Assembly (NCBI RefSeq): GCF_001194135.2
Contig: NC_068982.1
Coordinates: forward strand, 115,025,548-115,089,547
Reading direction: 5' to 3'
Length of the DNA stretch: 64,000 bases
Origin: Octopus bimaculoides
Lineage: Eukaryota
Shown: one piece after another, positions 49,248 to 62,280 of the stretch
Numbering within the stretch: the first letter of the stretch is position 1
Layout of the letters: each line of letters begins with the position of its first letter
The notes under the pieces: generated by a model
Database searches by the model: none
The model's input: only the letters and a program-made list of their open reading frames with translations
What the model was told of the DNA's origin: nothing
Program-made: the position numbers and the translations under genes

Positions 49248-50520
49248 GTAAATCTCACATTCCTACAGCTTAGAATCTCATTTCTGTAATAGATACTGTA
49301 AAAGCTATACCACTATTATGATTACTATTTAACCCCAGGTCAGCTCAGCTTGAGCAAACCTTTCATCAGATGTATTCCACATTTTTTTGTTATTTTTTAT
49401 ACATATAATTCTTTCTAATTTTGGTACAAAACCAGCAATTTTATGGGCAGTGGGGGCCAGTCAATTACATGGACTCCAGTACTTGACTGGTACTTATAGG
49501 ATGAAAGGGGAAGTTGACCTTGGTGGCATTTGAACTCAGAACATAAATAACCAGAAGAAATGCCATGAAGCATTTTGTCCAGCTCACTGCCTTCTTTTTT
49601 GCTCATATAATATCTAGGATAACCAATGTGTCCTTCCAAATTGTAGACAGAGTTGAACAAGAGACAAGTACCTGCTATTTTTTACATAGGCACGAGGCCA
49701 GCAATTTGAGAGACAAGAAGCAGTTGATTATATGCACATCAGTACTTGACAGGCACTTTATTTTATTAACCCTGGAAGGATGAAAGGCAAAGTTGAACTC
49801 AGAATGTATTAAAAAAATGGAAACAATTACGAAAAGCATTTTGTTTTATGCTCTAATGGTTCTGCCAATCCACCGCTCTCATATTAATAAAAATGGCATA
49901 AGCATAAGGCTCTACATTTTGGTGTCACATGTAGTTGGTTACATCAGCACCAGTACTTATTTTATCAATCTTGATGGGATGAAAGTCAGTATTGATGGGA
50001 TGAAGCTGGAAAATAATTTGTCTGCAGCTCCACTGATCTTATCAACAGTGATTTGTAATGGTCTTTAAATGTAGTATTGCCCATATTTTTTTGTATCTAG
50101 CCAATATGAGTGACCATCTGACATACATTCATTGAAGATGCCATCCTTAATGCATTAAAACATTTTATAAGCTATCAATCATTCAAGTTGTATTGTTAGT
50201 GATTACTAGTTTTACCATTTTTAGAAAGCCTCTGGTGGAATGCTTCTATTTTGAATTTTTTCTTAAAGAACGTTTTTTTTTTTTTTTGATGAAAACATTG
50301 TTAAAGTACTTCTTTTTTTTCATTTTATGTCAAACTAATTTGGAGAAAATAAATACGTATATATCAACAGTATTTAAAGTGAAAATTATAAGCATAAATA
50401 CTGTAGCAATATTAAGGGTGTAGCTGCTATGAGTTCTGTCTCTCTATAAATAGCAATATCCAGAAACTAAATCATTATTTTAGTAAGTTATTCTATTTTG
50501 ATTTCAATAACATTGAAAAA

Positions 50521-50739
50521 ATAAGGTGACGAGCTGGCAGAGAGACATTAGCACTTAGGGCGAAATGCTTAGCGGTATTTCGTCTGTCTTTACATTCAGA
50601 GTTCAAATTCCACTGAGGTCAACTTTGCCTTTCATTCTTTCGAGGTCGATAAACTTAAGTACCAGTTGCGTACTGGAGTCAATCTAATTGACTGACCCCG
50701 TCCCCAAAAATTTTGGGCCTTGTGCCTAGAGTAGAAAAG
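50521..50739 (+). mobile_element. SINE family A copy with 15-bp TSD in PMPCA intron 7
   Basis: AATAACATTGAAAAA at 50506-50520 and 50740-50754. Confidence 0.88.
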
Positions 50740-51046
50740 AATAACATTGAAAAAGTTTCATTAAATTGAAAATGAAAAATAATGTCACTGTTACAAATTC
50801 TTTTCTCGATGCAGTTCATTTATGAAATACAACTCTTATATCAGTGAAATAATTGAATATGGTATTAAAGTATGCTATTCATTTCAGTGAAAGAGCTGAT
50901 TTNNNNNNNNNNNNNNNNNNNNNNNNNNNNNNNNNNNNNNNNNNNNNNNNNNNNNNNNNNNNNNNNNNNNNNNNNNNNNNNNNNNNNNNNNNNNNNNNNN
51001 NNNNNNNNNNNNNNNNNNNNNNNNNNNNNNNNNNNNNNNNNNNNNN

Positions 51047-51131
51047 TGATGATGGGAGGTGGAGGTTCGTTTTCAGCTGGTGGCCCTGGAAAAGGCATGT
51101 ACACACGACTCTACCTCAATGTTTTGAATAA
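51047..51131 (+). CDS. PMPCA: PMPCA glycine-rich-loop exon, visible 3' part (5' part in N-gap 50903-51046)
   Basis: MMMGGGGSFSAGGPGKGMYTRLYLNVLN is the diagnostic MPP-alpha loop. Donor AA|gtaagt. Confidence 0.95.
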
Positions 51132-52896
51132 GTAAGTATTGCTGATTTTGTCTTACAGATTTATTGATTGCCAAACACACTACATACCTGCCTAAACATT
51201 ATACACACACACACACGCATACAATTACTGCCAAACAACACATATTCATGTTTAATTAATTTAAGTATTATATAGCTAGCTTGACAGCTGTAACCAATGT
51301 GTTCTCCTACACAAGGTATATTGGTTTTCTCACCTAAGTGTACCAAGTTGACATCTTAGTTGAATGGTTATAAAGGACACTTGGTTGCAGAAAATATTTC
51401 TATCTCAATGTCATACTTTGCTAAAGAAATGAATTCTTCTATACATGCAAGACAAAATAGAAAGAAATTCTAAACTAGGTGCCTTGAGTTGATTCTGGAT
51501 AGTATCGACAATAAATGATAATGATACTGTAACTATAAAGTATTGCTTGATGGTGAAATTTCAATTATCTGAATCAATTTAGATCTTCAATATATTATTT
51601 AGAGCAATTGTAACCCAAAATAACTACATTAAAATAGGTTTTTTTCTTTTATTATATTTTTGGAGCCATAGCGTCAATGGTTACAGGCTTCCAGTGGGCC
51701 AGTTACCAATTCAGTGCATTTCTGACAGTGAGAACGATGAGAGTTTGAATAAATATCACTAGGGATTTCTATTCAAAACAATGATTTATTGGGTTTTTTT
51801 TATACATACATACATTTTTACATTTGTGCAAACATATATACATACACAATAAGCTTCTGCTTACTTTCTGTCATCCAAATTCTGTATATAAGGGATTTGT
51901 CAATTCAGTGCTATGAATGAAGATACTTGTCCAAAGTATAGTACATTGCAATTGAACCTGGAACCATGTGGTTGACAAGCAACTTCTTAACCACAAAACC
52001 ATGCCTGCACCATTGGTTAATAATACCATATATTTAGGAACTCTATGAAAGACAGCTGGAAAAGACAAAAAAGCACCTAACATATTTTCTGTGATGAAGA
52101 TTTTTATTCTATTTTCAGTTTTTATTAGATTAACTGATCTATCATCATTTAACATCCATTTTCTGTGCTGGCATAAGTTGGACAGTTTGACTGGATCCAG
52201 CAAGTTGCAGGACTTGCTGTGTTGAGCTCCAATATCAGCTTTAGCATGGTTTCTATGGCTGGATGCCCTTCCTAATGTCATTGATTGCCTGTTGCCCCAG
52301 TCATTAAGCTCAAACATCCAATGAGGTTATTGTTCACAAATGCATTTAATTTAGATAAAAAAAATTTGAAGGCAACACAAATAGTTTCATTGCCAATTTT
52401 TTTCAAATCCAAGATCCTCTCATCTCTGGGAGCTTCCAAAAATCTCACACTTCAGATTCTTCTCTTTCACTTTTGTATCCATCAACAAATTTGATGATAG
52501 GGAGGAGGAGCTACAGTCCTGTGACATAGAAGGCAGCTGGAAATTCCTGCGAGACAGCTTACTGAGTGCCACAGACCAAATCTGTGGCTGGTGCCAAGTC
52601 CCTTGTAAACCTAGGGTAACATGGTGATGGAACAGTACTGTAGACAGGGCCATTAGAGCAAAGGAACAGGCTTGGAAGGCCTGGAAGAGTGGAGGTCACA
52701 GGATAATGTATCAGATAGCCAAAAGGGATGCTAGGAGACAAGTATATATAGCCAAGGGAGTAGCTAGGAGACAAGTATATATAGCCAAAGGAGTAATTGT
52801 TACTTCTATAAATATTGAAAATATTTCTGAAAATAGTCCAACAGAAGTAAATGTTCTGCATATTAATCTGTTTATCTTTGATTCACTGTTCAACAG

Positions 52897-52987
52897 ACAT
52901 CATTGGATGTTCAATGCTACAGCCTATAACCATGCTTACGATGACACTGGTCTGTTTTGTATTCATGCCAGTGCACATCCATCACAA
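52897..52987 (+). CDS. PMPCA: PMPCA exon (HHWMFNATAYNH...)
   Basis: caacag|A ... CAA|gtaagt. HHWMFNATAYNHAYDDTGLFCIHASAHPSQ. 91 bp. Confidence 0.95.
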
Positions 52988-53892
52988 GTAAGTAAATTAT
53001 ATTAATACATTCTTTGTAAAAATTCAGTACAATTTATATAACACTTTTGTTTGATAAATAAATATAAAACTGAACACTTGTAGAAGTTCATTAACATTGT
53101 ATCAAATATATTTTCTGTTACCTTCATTTTTCTCATTTTCACACTTTCATCATTGTTCCTTCACCCACATTTTTATGCTCGCTTGAGTTAGACAATACTT
53201 GTAGATTTACTACAGCCTCTTACTTTCTACTTTCCAAGTAAGGTATTTACATACCATTGTTCCTTGTATATTGAAAACAACAAAGCCACTGAATTTATTA
53301 GCACTTATTGTTTGCTTTCCAGGACCTTTGAGATTATTGTCTCCACCACTTCATCTCATGTCTTCCTAGGACTCCTTTTTTCCATAGATTCCTTGTTTGG
53401 GTGCTCAGCACTTCTTTATATAACTTACATATTTTCATATACATCACATGCCCATGACAACAGTGTTCTCTTTGCATGCCACATCTTTTTTCTGGCTTAT
53501 TTTTGCATACTAACATTGCACACACAGGATAACACACTCACTTCATTTCTTTCTAGTTTTTGCAAATTCTCTGCATTCAGCATCACATTTCATACACATG
53601 CATCAAACAATCTTCTCTTTACTCTAGGAGAGAAAAACCTTGTTACCACCTTGTCCAACTGCTTGTAGCATAGATAACAAAAACTATCAAACTGCTACGG
53701 AGTCTTCTGCCATATACATTCCTTCTTGATTCCACTCTCCAGTTGTCTGATACTCTGCACGCATTTCCTCATTTTTCTTTACATATCTCCATTATTGGTA
53801 CTGTGTATCATTTAGACCTTGCTATATCTATTGTGTTGTCATTTAAACTTAGTGGTATTATGACATTAGATATTTTAACTCTCTTTTTCCAG

Positions 53893-53955
53893 CTGCGCCA
53901 TGTTGTTGAAGTCATTGTTCGAGAAATGGTTCTAACTGCTGGTTCAGTAAGTGAG
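53893..53955 (+). CDS. PMPCA: PMPCA exon (LRHVVEVIVREM...)
   Basis: ttccag|CTG ... GAG|gtgaga. LRHVVEVIVREMVLTAGSVSE. 63 bp. A competing in-frame donor lies 9 nt upstream. Confidence 0.88.
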
Positions 53956-54296
53956 GTGAGAAAGATTTTCTTATATCTCCATCTCTTATTTCATTCCTAA
54001 CTATATTTTTTCTGACCCACATAATTATTTTCAATCTACTAAAACTACAAATATTTTAATAAACTGTCTGTCATGTACTGATGTCAATTTAATCAATCCT
54101 TCTCCACAAATTTGTGGACTTTTATTGTAGTTCATAGCTGGGGTAACTGGTGTGCTATTTCATGTCTCCAGACAGTAGCCACTATGACCCTGGTTGTACA
54201 TTATTGTTATGGTAGTAACTATGAAGTTTATATATTAAAAACGCTTTTAGTGTTCTGTTTCATATATCTCAATTGCAATTCATGTATATTTTCTAG

Positions 54297-54441
54297 GAGG
54301 AATTAAATCGAGCCAAGACTCAACTCCAGTCTATGTTAATGATGAATTTGGAAGCTCGTCCTGTTGTCTTTGAAGATGTAGCACGTCAAGTTTTAGCAAA
54401 CGATCACCGCAAACCACCTCAGTATTTTTACGATGAAATCA
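54297..54441 (+). CDS. PMPCA: PMPCA penultimate exon
   Basis: ttctag|GAG ... A|gtaagt. [48 protein letters not shown]. 145 bp. Confidence 0.96.
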
Positions 54442-54900
54442 GTAAGTAAATAGTTGTATTAAGTTGGATGATATTGATGATATTGTGTTGAGAATACACT
54501 GAATTTTGGCAGCTACATGCTTGATAGTTAATTTAGAAATATGAATTTTTAACATGTAATTTATTAAATGTCAGGTTATGCTCTAAACAACAACCTACAT
54601 CCCATGCATTTCATGTCAAACTGTGTCACCATTTAGGTGGCAGTGCCATTGTTTGTGCCTGCTATAAAAAATTTCCACCTGTTGTGTAATCTGTTATGCA
54701 AAAGTCAAAATGAACAGCATATATGTGAACAAGTAAAGCTTGGTGACAAGAAGGACATTCAACAGTAGGACATTACATCAACAATATTCATCAAACCTAG
54801 GAAAAACAGTAATAAAATGGAAAAACTAAATAAAATTGATGATGATGAGAATATTTGTGTATATTATAATCCTTTAACAACTTACCATAATGTTTTCCAG

Positions 54901-55070
54901 GCAAAATCACTGCTCAAGATATCCAGCGTGCAGCTTCTCGAATGCTTACCAGCAGACCAGCAATAGCAGCATATGGCTCTCTGAATAAACTGCCAAATTA
55001 TGAAGATATCCAAGAAGCTCTTTTAACTAAAAATGGACGAATGACACAGAGATTTTCATTATTCCGTTAA
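54901..55070 (+). CDS. PMPCA: PMPCA terminal exon (includes stop)
   Basis: ttccag|GC. KITAQDIQRAASRMLTSRPAIAAYGSLNKLPNYEDIQEALLTKNGRMTQRFSLFR*. 170 bp. Confidence 0.96.
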
Positions 55071-55971
55071 TGCTTTCCAATAAATCACCCAGTTTTTCTC
55101 TCAGGACTTTCTTAAAATTGGCATTAACCAATTGACAAAAAACATAGAGCAAAGAAAGATATTTATAGACAGGCTGTTTTGATTTATTAAATTGTGATAT
55201 ATTCTAATTGTCTTCATTTTCTTTATCATTTGTAGATATAGTTGTTTTCTTTTAAAACATTATTATTGTATGATAATAGTATAGATGAATAACACAACTA
55301 CAGTATATTCTTTATCTCTCAGCTCATTGTGGAATATAAAGCATCAACACATATATTTTGTAAACAACAGTGTCATTGGCTACAGTTTTCTAACAAGCCA
55401 ATTACTGATTTATTGTAATTTCAATTGTGAAAATGATGGGGAATAGGGTACACTTCATACAGAGCAAATACCACAAGGTATTTTTGTTTGGAAGTTCCTG
55501 TTTATTGATTTTCTCATTAATGATTATGTTTCTCACCTGAAATATATCCATGCTAAATGCACTCTGTATAATGGTTGGCAAGTGAGCAAAGGTATAGAGT
55601 CAACTGGGCCCTTTTGTCTTGTCACGAACATGGCAACTTCTCTAATGATGATGCCATAAAATGCACCAATACAGTTAGTAAAGTGTGGAGTTAAGAGAAC
55701 ACTTTAGTTTGCAAAGGACATGGCAACCTCTCTTGTGCTGATGTCTCAATAAAATGTACCCTGTACACTGTAAAGTATCTGGTGTTAATAAGGACAGCCA
55801 AGCATAGGAACCAAGTTTAAAATGAAATGAGTGAGGTGTAATCATCCAACTCATCTTGGAGAGCAGTAACTTAAAATAAGTGACTCAGATTGTGATGACT
55901 TACTCAATTCCTGCCTGCATGGAAAGTAGATATGAAGCAATGATGATGGTGTGTGTGTGTATGTATATATA

Positions 55972-56520
55972 CATCCAGAACCACACTAATAGTTTAGGAG
56001 TAAAATTTAGGGTTTCTTGGTTTCCTATGAATTAGTTTTGAAAAAACTTTTCCCAGCTGGTTTGCACACTATGGCAACACCATTGTTATGTTTTCATTAT
56101 TTTGTGTAACATCCTTTTTTATTTCAGATTCTTCAGTTTTGGGGTGAACCACGCTAATAGCTTTTGAATGAAAATAGCCCATCTAGACATTTTTTTATCA
56201 GAAAATGAAGGGTAATGATACATATTAAGCATACACTGAGTATGTATTTAACAGAAAACCATGACATTATAACATTTATTGACATAATGAATTATTTATC
56301 CACATGAGTGCTATTTCAACAAATAACTTCAAAAACCCTATTAGTCATGGAATCTGTCAATTCCTTAATAGTAGCAGGTTGGACTGCATCTACTGCAGCT
56401 TTGATGGTTGCCCAGAAAACATCTTTTGATGTAAATTGGCGTTCATCAGCATAAACATCTTGTTTAATGTTGGACCAAACACTTTCGATAGGGTTGAGAT
56501 CCAGAGATGCTGGCGACCAC
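55972..56520 (-). mobile_element. Right end of a second copy of the IR/DR Tc1 family
   Basis: TA, then TIR matching 12982-13177, then WSPASLDLNPIESVWSNIKQDVYA. Confidence 0.88.
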
Positions 56521-56529
56521 ACCATCAAC

Positions 56530-57126
56530 AGATGGATGAGGAAAGCTGTGTGCAGAAGTACCGCTCCCAAACAATAGAAGGAAACCCAGGAAGACATGGG
56601 ATGAGGTGGTCAAGCATGAGCTTCAAACATTGGGCCTCACAGAGGCAATGACAAAAGACCAAGACCTCTGGAGGTATACTGTGACTGAGAAAACCCGGCA
56701 AATAAAGTGAGTCCACAGCTGTAGCCTACACCAGTGTCGCATAACCAGCCCACTCAAAAGTACCTTGGTTCTTAGGGTGACATACCATGCTTGAGGAAAC
56801 CTATTGAGTCAAGTACATCAACATCAACAGCAATACCAAAATCAAACCAAATGGAAATTGTAGTTCTGACCCCCGTGCCGGTAGCATGTAGAAAGTACCA
56901 TCTGAACATGGCTGATGCCAGTGCTGCTTTGACTGGCTTTCGTGCCGGTGACACATAAAAAGCACCCACTACACTCTCAGATTGGTTGGCATTAGGAAGG
57001 GCATCTAGCTGTAGAAACACTGCCAGATCAGATTGAAGCCTGGTGCAGCCTCTTGGCTTCAGAGACTCCAGTTGAACCATCCAACCCATGCCAGCATGGA
57101 AAACAGACGTTAAATGATGATGATGA
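56530..57126 (+). mobile_element. RTE LINE 3' end
   Basis: PGRHGMRW/EKTRQIK* remnant, full 3' UTR, GATGATGATGA tail. More 3' ends near 37510, 48080, 52140, 57970, 58660-59460 and 63340. Confidence 0.85.
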
Positions 57127-59495
57127 GATCGCAGGCGTGGCTGTGTAGTAAGTTGCTTGCTTACCAACCACATGGTTCCAGCTTCAGTCCCACTGCGTGG
57201 CACCTTGGACAAGTGTCTTCTACTATAGCCTTGAGCCGACCAAAGCCTTGTGAGTGGATTTGGTAGAAGGAAACTGAAAGAAGCCCGCTGTATACATATA
57301 TATATATATGAATTTGCATGTTTTAATATCGCTGTTTGAAACGTTTGTATGCTTGAATTGAATTTCTCTTAAATTTTAACATCTCTTCTCCATTTTTAAC
57401 AAATTTGTTGAATTTTGTGGGATACCTTTCCAGAAATTCACATAACATACCATATACAAGTATTATTTTCATATTCACAAACTTTTGCCAGTAAGCTACC
57501 AGCAAAATATGAAGAATCAATATTAGAATTTTTTTTTTTTTTTTAGAATCCTCCAAATTAAAGGACAAAATATAATTCAATCTTTTCACACATATATATG
57601 TGTGTGTGTATTTGTTTGTGTGTCTGTGTTTGTCTCCCCCACCCCCACTGTCGCTGGACAACTGATGTTGGTGTGTTTATGTCCCCGTAACTTAGCCGTT
57701 CAGTTAAAGAGACTGATAGAATAAGTACTAGCCTTACAAAGAATGAGTCTTGGGATCAATTTGTTCGACTAAAGGTCAAAGTCAAATAACTGAAACAAGT
57801 AAAACAGATAAGCACAGAAGTGGCTGTGTGGTAAGAAGCTTGCTGCCCAACCACATGGTTCTAGGTTCAGTCCCCCTGTGTGGCACCTTAGACAAGTATG
57901 TTCTACTATAGCTCTGAGGTGACCAAAGCCTTGTGAGTAGATTTGGTAGACAGAAACTGGAAGAAGCTTGTCATCATTGTCATCATCATTTAACGTCCAT
58001 TGTCCAAGCTGGTATGGGTTGGATGGTTTGACCAGGGCTGGTAAGCTGAGGAGCTGCCCAAACTTCAATCTGATTTAGCATGGTTTCTACAGCTGGATGC
58101 CCTTCCTATCGCCAAGCACTCAAAGAGTGTAATGGGTGCTTTTACATGCTATCGGCATGAGTGCCAGTTGTGTGACACCAGTATCTGCCACAACTATGAT
58201 TTCACATGGCTTGATGGGTTTTCTTCTCAAGCACAGCATAATGCCAAAGGTCTTGATCATTTGTCATTGCTTCCATGAGGCAATTCGAAAGGAACTTTTT
58301 ACGTGCTGCCAGTATGGCTGCTAGTTATGTGACACTAGCATCAGCCACATTGTCTCTGTGAGGTAGAGTTAACCTAGCGAAAACCAAAGTCTTAGTAAGT
58401 AGGGAAGCAGACAATTCACAAATACCTTCAGGTAGATGACCCTGCTTGATCTGTAGAATAGGTGTAGCATCCTAGGATGAGTGAAAGATAAGAGATGTTA
58501 CAGTATGACTGAAAGCTTAGGGAGGGGAAATGGCAAAGGCAGTAGCAAAATATCTTCATGTAATACAACATAGACATTTAAATGGGTAGGGTTTTTCTAA
58601 GGATGTGGGTAGTAGTTGTCAGCATAATCTTTTGGATTTCTCCTGGGATCTTATCTAGATGTTTCTGACATCCTTTTTTGGTTTGGCTTGGTTTCTATGG
58701 CCGGATGTCCTTTCTAACACCAACTACTCCAAGAGTGTAAAGGGTGCTTTTAACATGCTTTTATGTGCCACTGGCATGGGTGCCAGTCGTGTGATACCAG
58801 CATTAGCCATGATTACAATTTCACTTGCCTTGACGAGTCTTCTCAAGCACAGCATACTGCCAAAGGTCTTGGTCACTTGTCATCACCTCCATGAGGCCCA
58901 ACATTCAAAGGTTATGCTTCACCACTTTACCCTATATCTTCCTGGATCTACCTCTTCCACAGGTTCCATCCACAGTTAGAGATTGGCACTTCTTTACACC
59001 ACTGTCTTCATTCATATGCATCACATAGCCATACCAACACAGTCATGTTTCTTGCACACTACATCTGATGCCTCTTATGCCCAACTTTTCTCTCAAGACA
59101 CTTACACTGTCATACATGTACATTGGCAAAACACATCCAGCAAAGTATACTAGCTTCATTCCTTTCAAGTCTATGCATGTCGTCAGTGGTCACAGCCCAC
59201 ATTTCACTGCCATGTAGCATGGCTGTTCACAAACAAGCATCATACAATCTTTCACTCTGAGGGAGAAGCCCTTAGTTACCAACAGATGTAGCTCTCTGAC
59301 CTTTTTCCAGCCTATTCTTATTTTAGCATCCACCTCCACTACTGACTTAGTCACCTAGATAACTATTTCTAGGTATTCCTCACTAGCATTTGGCGGAGTC
59401 TGTTTTCTATACATTTCTAGTGTTTATTATTCTTGTGCACCTACCACACACAAAGACTATTTTTTTACTTTTTAATAAACGTTTTGTTCATTCTA

Positions 59496-59881
59496 GACGC
59501 AGGTATAGCTGTGTGGTAAGAAGCTTGCTTCCCAATCACATTGGCTCTGGGTTCAGCCCCACTGCATGGAACCTTGGGCAAGTGTGTTCTACTATAGCCA
59601 AGAGTCAATCAAAGCCTTGTGAGTGGATTTGGTAGACGGAAACTGAAAGCAGGCCATCGTATATGTTTGTTTGTGTGTTTGTGTTTGTCTCCCATCACCG
59701 CTTCACAATCAGTGTTGTTATATTTACGTTCCCGTACCCTAGCGGATCGGCTAAAGAGATCGATAAAATATGTACTCGGCTTTAAAAAAAGTACTGGGAT
59801 CGATTCATTCGATTAAAAATTCTTCAAGGTGGTGTCCCAGCATGGCCGCTGACTAATGACTGAAACAAGTAAAATAAAATA
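59496..59881 (+). mobile_element. tRNA-derived CORE-like SINE, family B (full length)
   Basis: GCAGG..GTGTGGTAAGAAGC head, GGGTTCAG B-box, CCTTGGGCAAGT core, microsatellite middle, GACTGAAACAAGTAAAA tail. Partial copies near 15365, 32000, 36840, 41020, 48310, 51935, 57131, 57815. Confidence 0.85.
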
Positions 59882-60943
59882 ATTAATACTTGGGATCCGC
59901 TACAGAAAAATAAAGACAATCTAAAATTAAGCGTGATAGTAGCGTACAAGTATATGATAGTGGTTAGGTAAAAACTGTGGGTAATTCGGGACTAAGAGCA
60001 CCGTGTGGTATGAAATGGAATGGTTCGTGTATGAAGTATTCAAGAGAATTATGTAGAGTTATCTCCCCTATTTTGCTTGGCTGCCATTCTCACCCGGTAT
60101 ATTCAAAGCGACCAAAAATTGTACGCAATATAGGAAATACCATTAAATATATATAACAACACTTGTGTGTTTAGTTTCCCCCTCCCTCGTTGAATTAGGT
60201 TAATTATTTTCTTAAATCATTTATATGTAGCAATTGTACATACTTCTTATATTATTACTTCCTATTAAATATACTCCCTTCACCATCGACAGCCTTGACA
60301 AACACCATTAATATAGAAGAAATATACAGGTAAGTAAACTCGGTTAACTTTGTTACCAGCTTTGGTTGATTTGTTGATAAACAACGATAAAATATTTTGC
60401 TAACTTAGCTGTTGTCATATTTCCTTATTTGATGTCATTAACAATTTTGTTCGCAATCAATAGTGAAACTTGGTTGGTTCTAGGGTTTCAAAACGAAGAA
60501 ATGTGAAGTGTGTTGTTGGTAAGAAACACTTTTTGCCTATGTACACCGACTATAATTTCCTCTGATTCTCGTGGTTTTCTCTACATGTAACTACTCATAA
60601 GATAAATCGATTGGAGTGTACAGTTTTTGTTTATTTCTATTTTCTCTCTTTATTACATATCTATATATCGGTTAACTCCATTCAAGTCCGTTCACCATCG
60701 GCTTCAGGTGGTTGTCATCTATTTTGTTAATATATATATTTTTTTATATTTTCAAAATTTTCTTTCGTTTTAACCCGGATAAACGTCAAACTTGATCATA
60801 TGGGATCATAATTATTAGTTAATTGCCGTAATTTTTTTTATTTACTTTTCGCGCACCGTGTTCAGCTCTATGTATTTGTGGTCAGTCACACGCACACAAA
60901 TACACACGTACACCCATTATGTCTGTCTGTCTCTCTCTCTCTC

Positions 60944-60979
<36 letters not shown>

Positions 60980-60985
<6 letters not shown>

Positions 60986-61380
60986 ATACTTTGTATCTGT
61001 CTGCCCAATGCATTCTCAAACGGCTCAACCAAATCAAATTAAATGGCAAAATTAGTTAAAAGAACTTCCCTGATCCAATCACGCTCTCTCTGTCTCTTTC
61101 GCTTTTACGCCGACTTCAAAAGATCCCCTTTCCCCCTCACTCCACATATGTAAAAAAAATTTAAAAATTTTACGGAAAGCAACGGTCTTCTTCAGAAACA
61201 TAGACAAATACACGTGCTTTAAGAAGTCATATACACTGTGCTAAAATTGAAAGATCACCCTTTGGCATTGGTTCCGTATTACATCCCAAAACTCCAAGAA
61301 TGAAAGTGAAAGCTTCGATGGAGTGGTCGGCTTCACCCTTCGCCGTCTCACCGCAAAGCTGTGCTTACAATCGGTCTCTA
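60980..61380 (+). mobile_element. Helitron/HINE-like element
   Basis: Follows (TA)n with TATATAATAC..TCTGTCTG..AACGGCT and ends at CTAG. Weak. Confidence 0.4.
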
Positions 61381-61940
61381 GCATATTGGAGTAGGAATTT
61401 TACCCCATTCAGCTAGGAGTGGGCACCAAATTGGGACCCACTCGGTTCCGCTCTGTTCGCACTGGGCATTATTGACATCACCAAGATGGAGGTCTAGCTT
61501 GACCTCAATGTCTGGTATTTTGATGATGCTTGTTTCGGGGGGACCTCCGGACAGGGTTCTCGCCATTGCAAACATGATGGTTGGGGAGCTTGACCGCTGG
61601 GGTCTGCAAGTAAACAGCTCCAAATGTGAACTCTGGATCCTCAACCAACATCAACCAACTTTTGACCTTTTTGCAGAGTTCTTCCCTTCCATTGCAGTCC
61701 CTCCCTCATCAGCTTGGTGCTCTCTAGGTGCCCCAAACACTGACCTTGCCTTTGAGTCCATCTTCCAGTTGAAGGTGGCTGCCCTTGAGCAATTGCTGAA
61801 AAATATTGAAGCTATTGAACCCCATCAAATTTTTTTCATATTTAGGAATTATCTCTTGATCCCTAAGCTTCAATATTTGCTCAGAGTTAGCTCATCTTAC
61901 CGATTCGAATCGTGCATCCAACACTTCAACAGCTTAATCT
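61381..61940 (+). mobile_element. CRE-like (early-branching) LINE RT fragment
   Basis: DPLGSALFALGI..DLNVWYFDDA..GLQVNSSKCEL..SLGAP..IPKLQYLLR, with a stop and frameshift. Confidence 0.7.
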
Positions 61941-62218
61941 TTGAATTGTTTTGGTTTGTTTCTTTTCTTTTTTCTCTTTTGTTTTCTTTTTAAGTTTTTC
62001 AATCATTTTCTCTGTTTTGCCCAATTTTCTAATTTAATTTTGTAAAACAGTATATTATATTCAAATATGAAAATTGTCTTTTCATAAAATGTCCTATAAT
62101 TGAGTGCAAATATTCTCTCACTCCTTCACTCTCTCCTCTCCTTTCTGTTCAACAATATGTTAGACATATTTGTATTTTGTTTCACTTTTATATTGTTTTA
62201 CTTTTAATAGTTTCACTA

Positions 62219-62280
<62 letters not shown>

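Noticed and set aside
54470-54510. C/D box snoRNA in a PMPCA intron
   Set aside because: TGATGA and CTGA are only about 20 nt apart with no terminal stem.
55079-55084. AATAAA as the PMPCA poly(A) signal
   Set aside because: Only 8 nt after the stop. The AU-rich UTR-like sequence continues and later candidates exist; not resolvable here.
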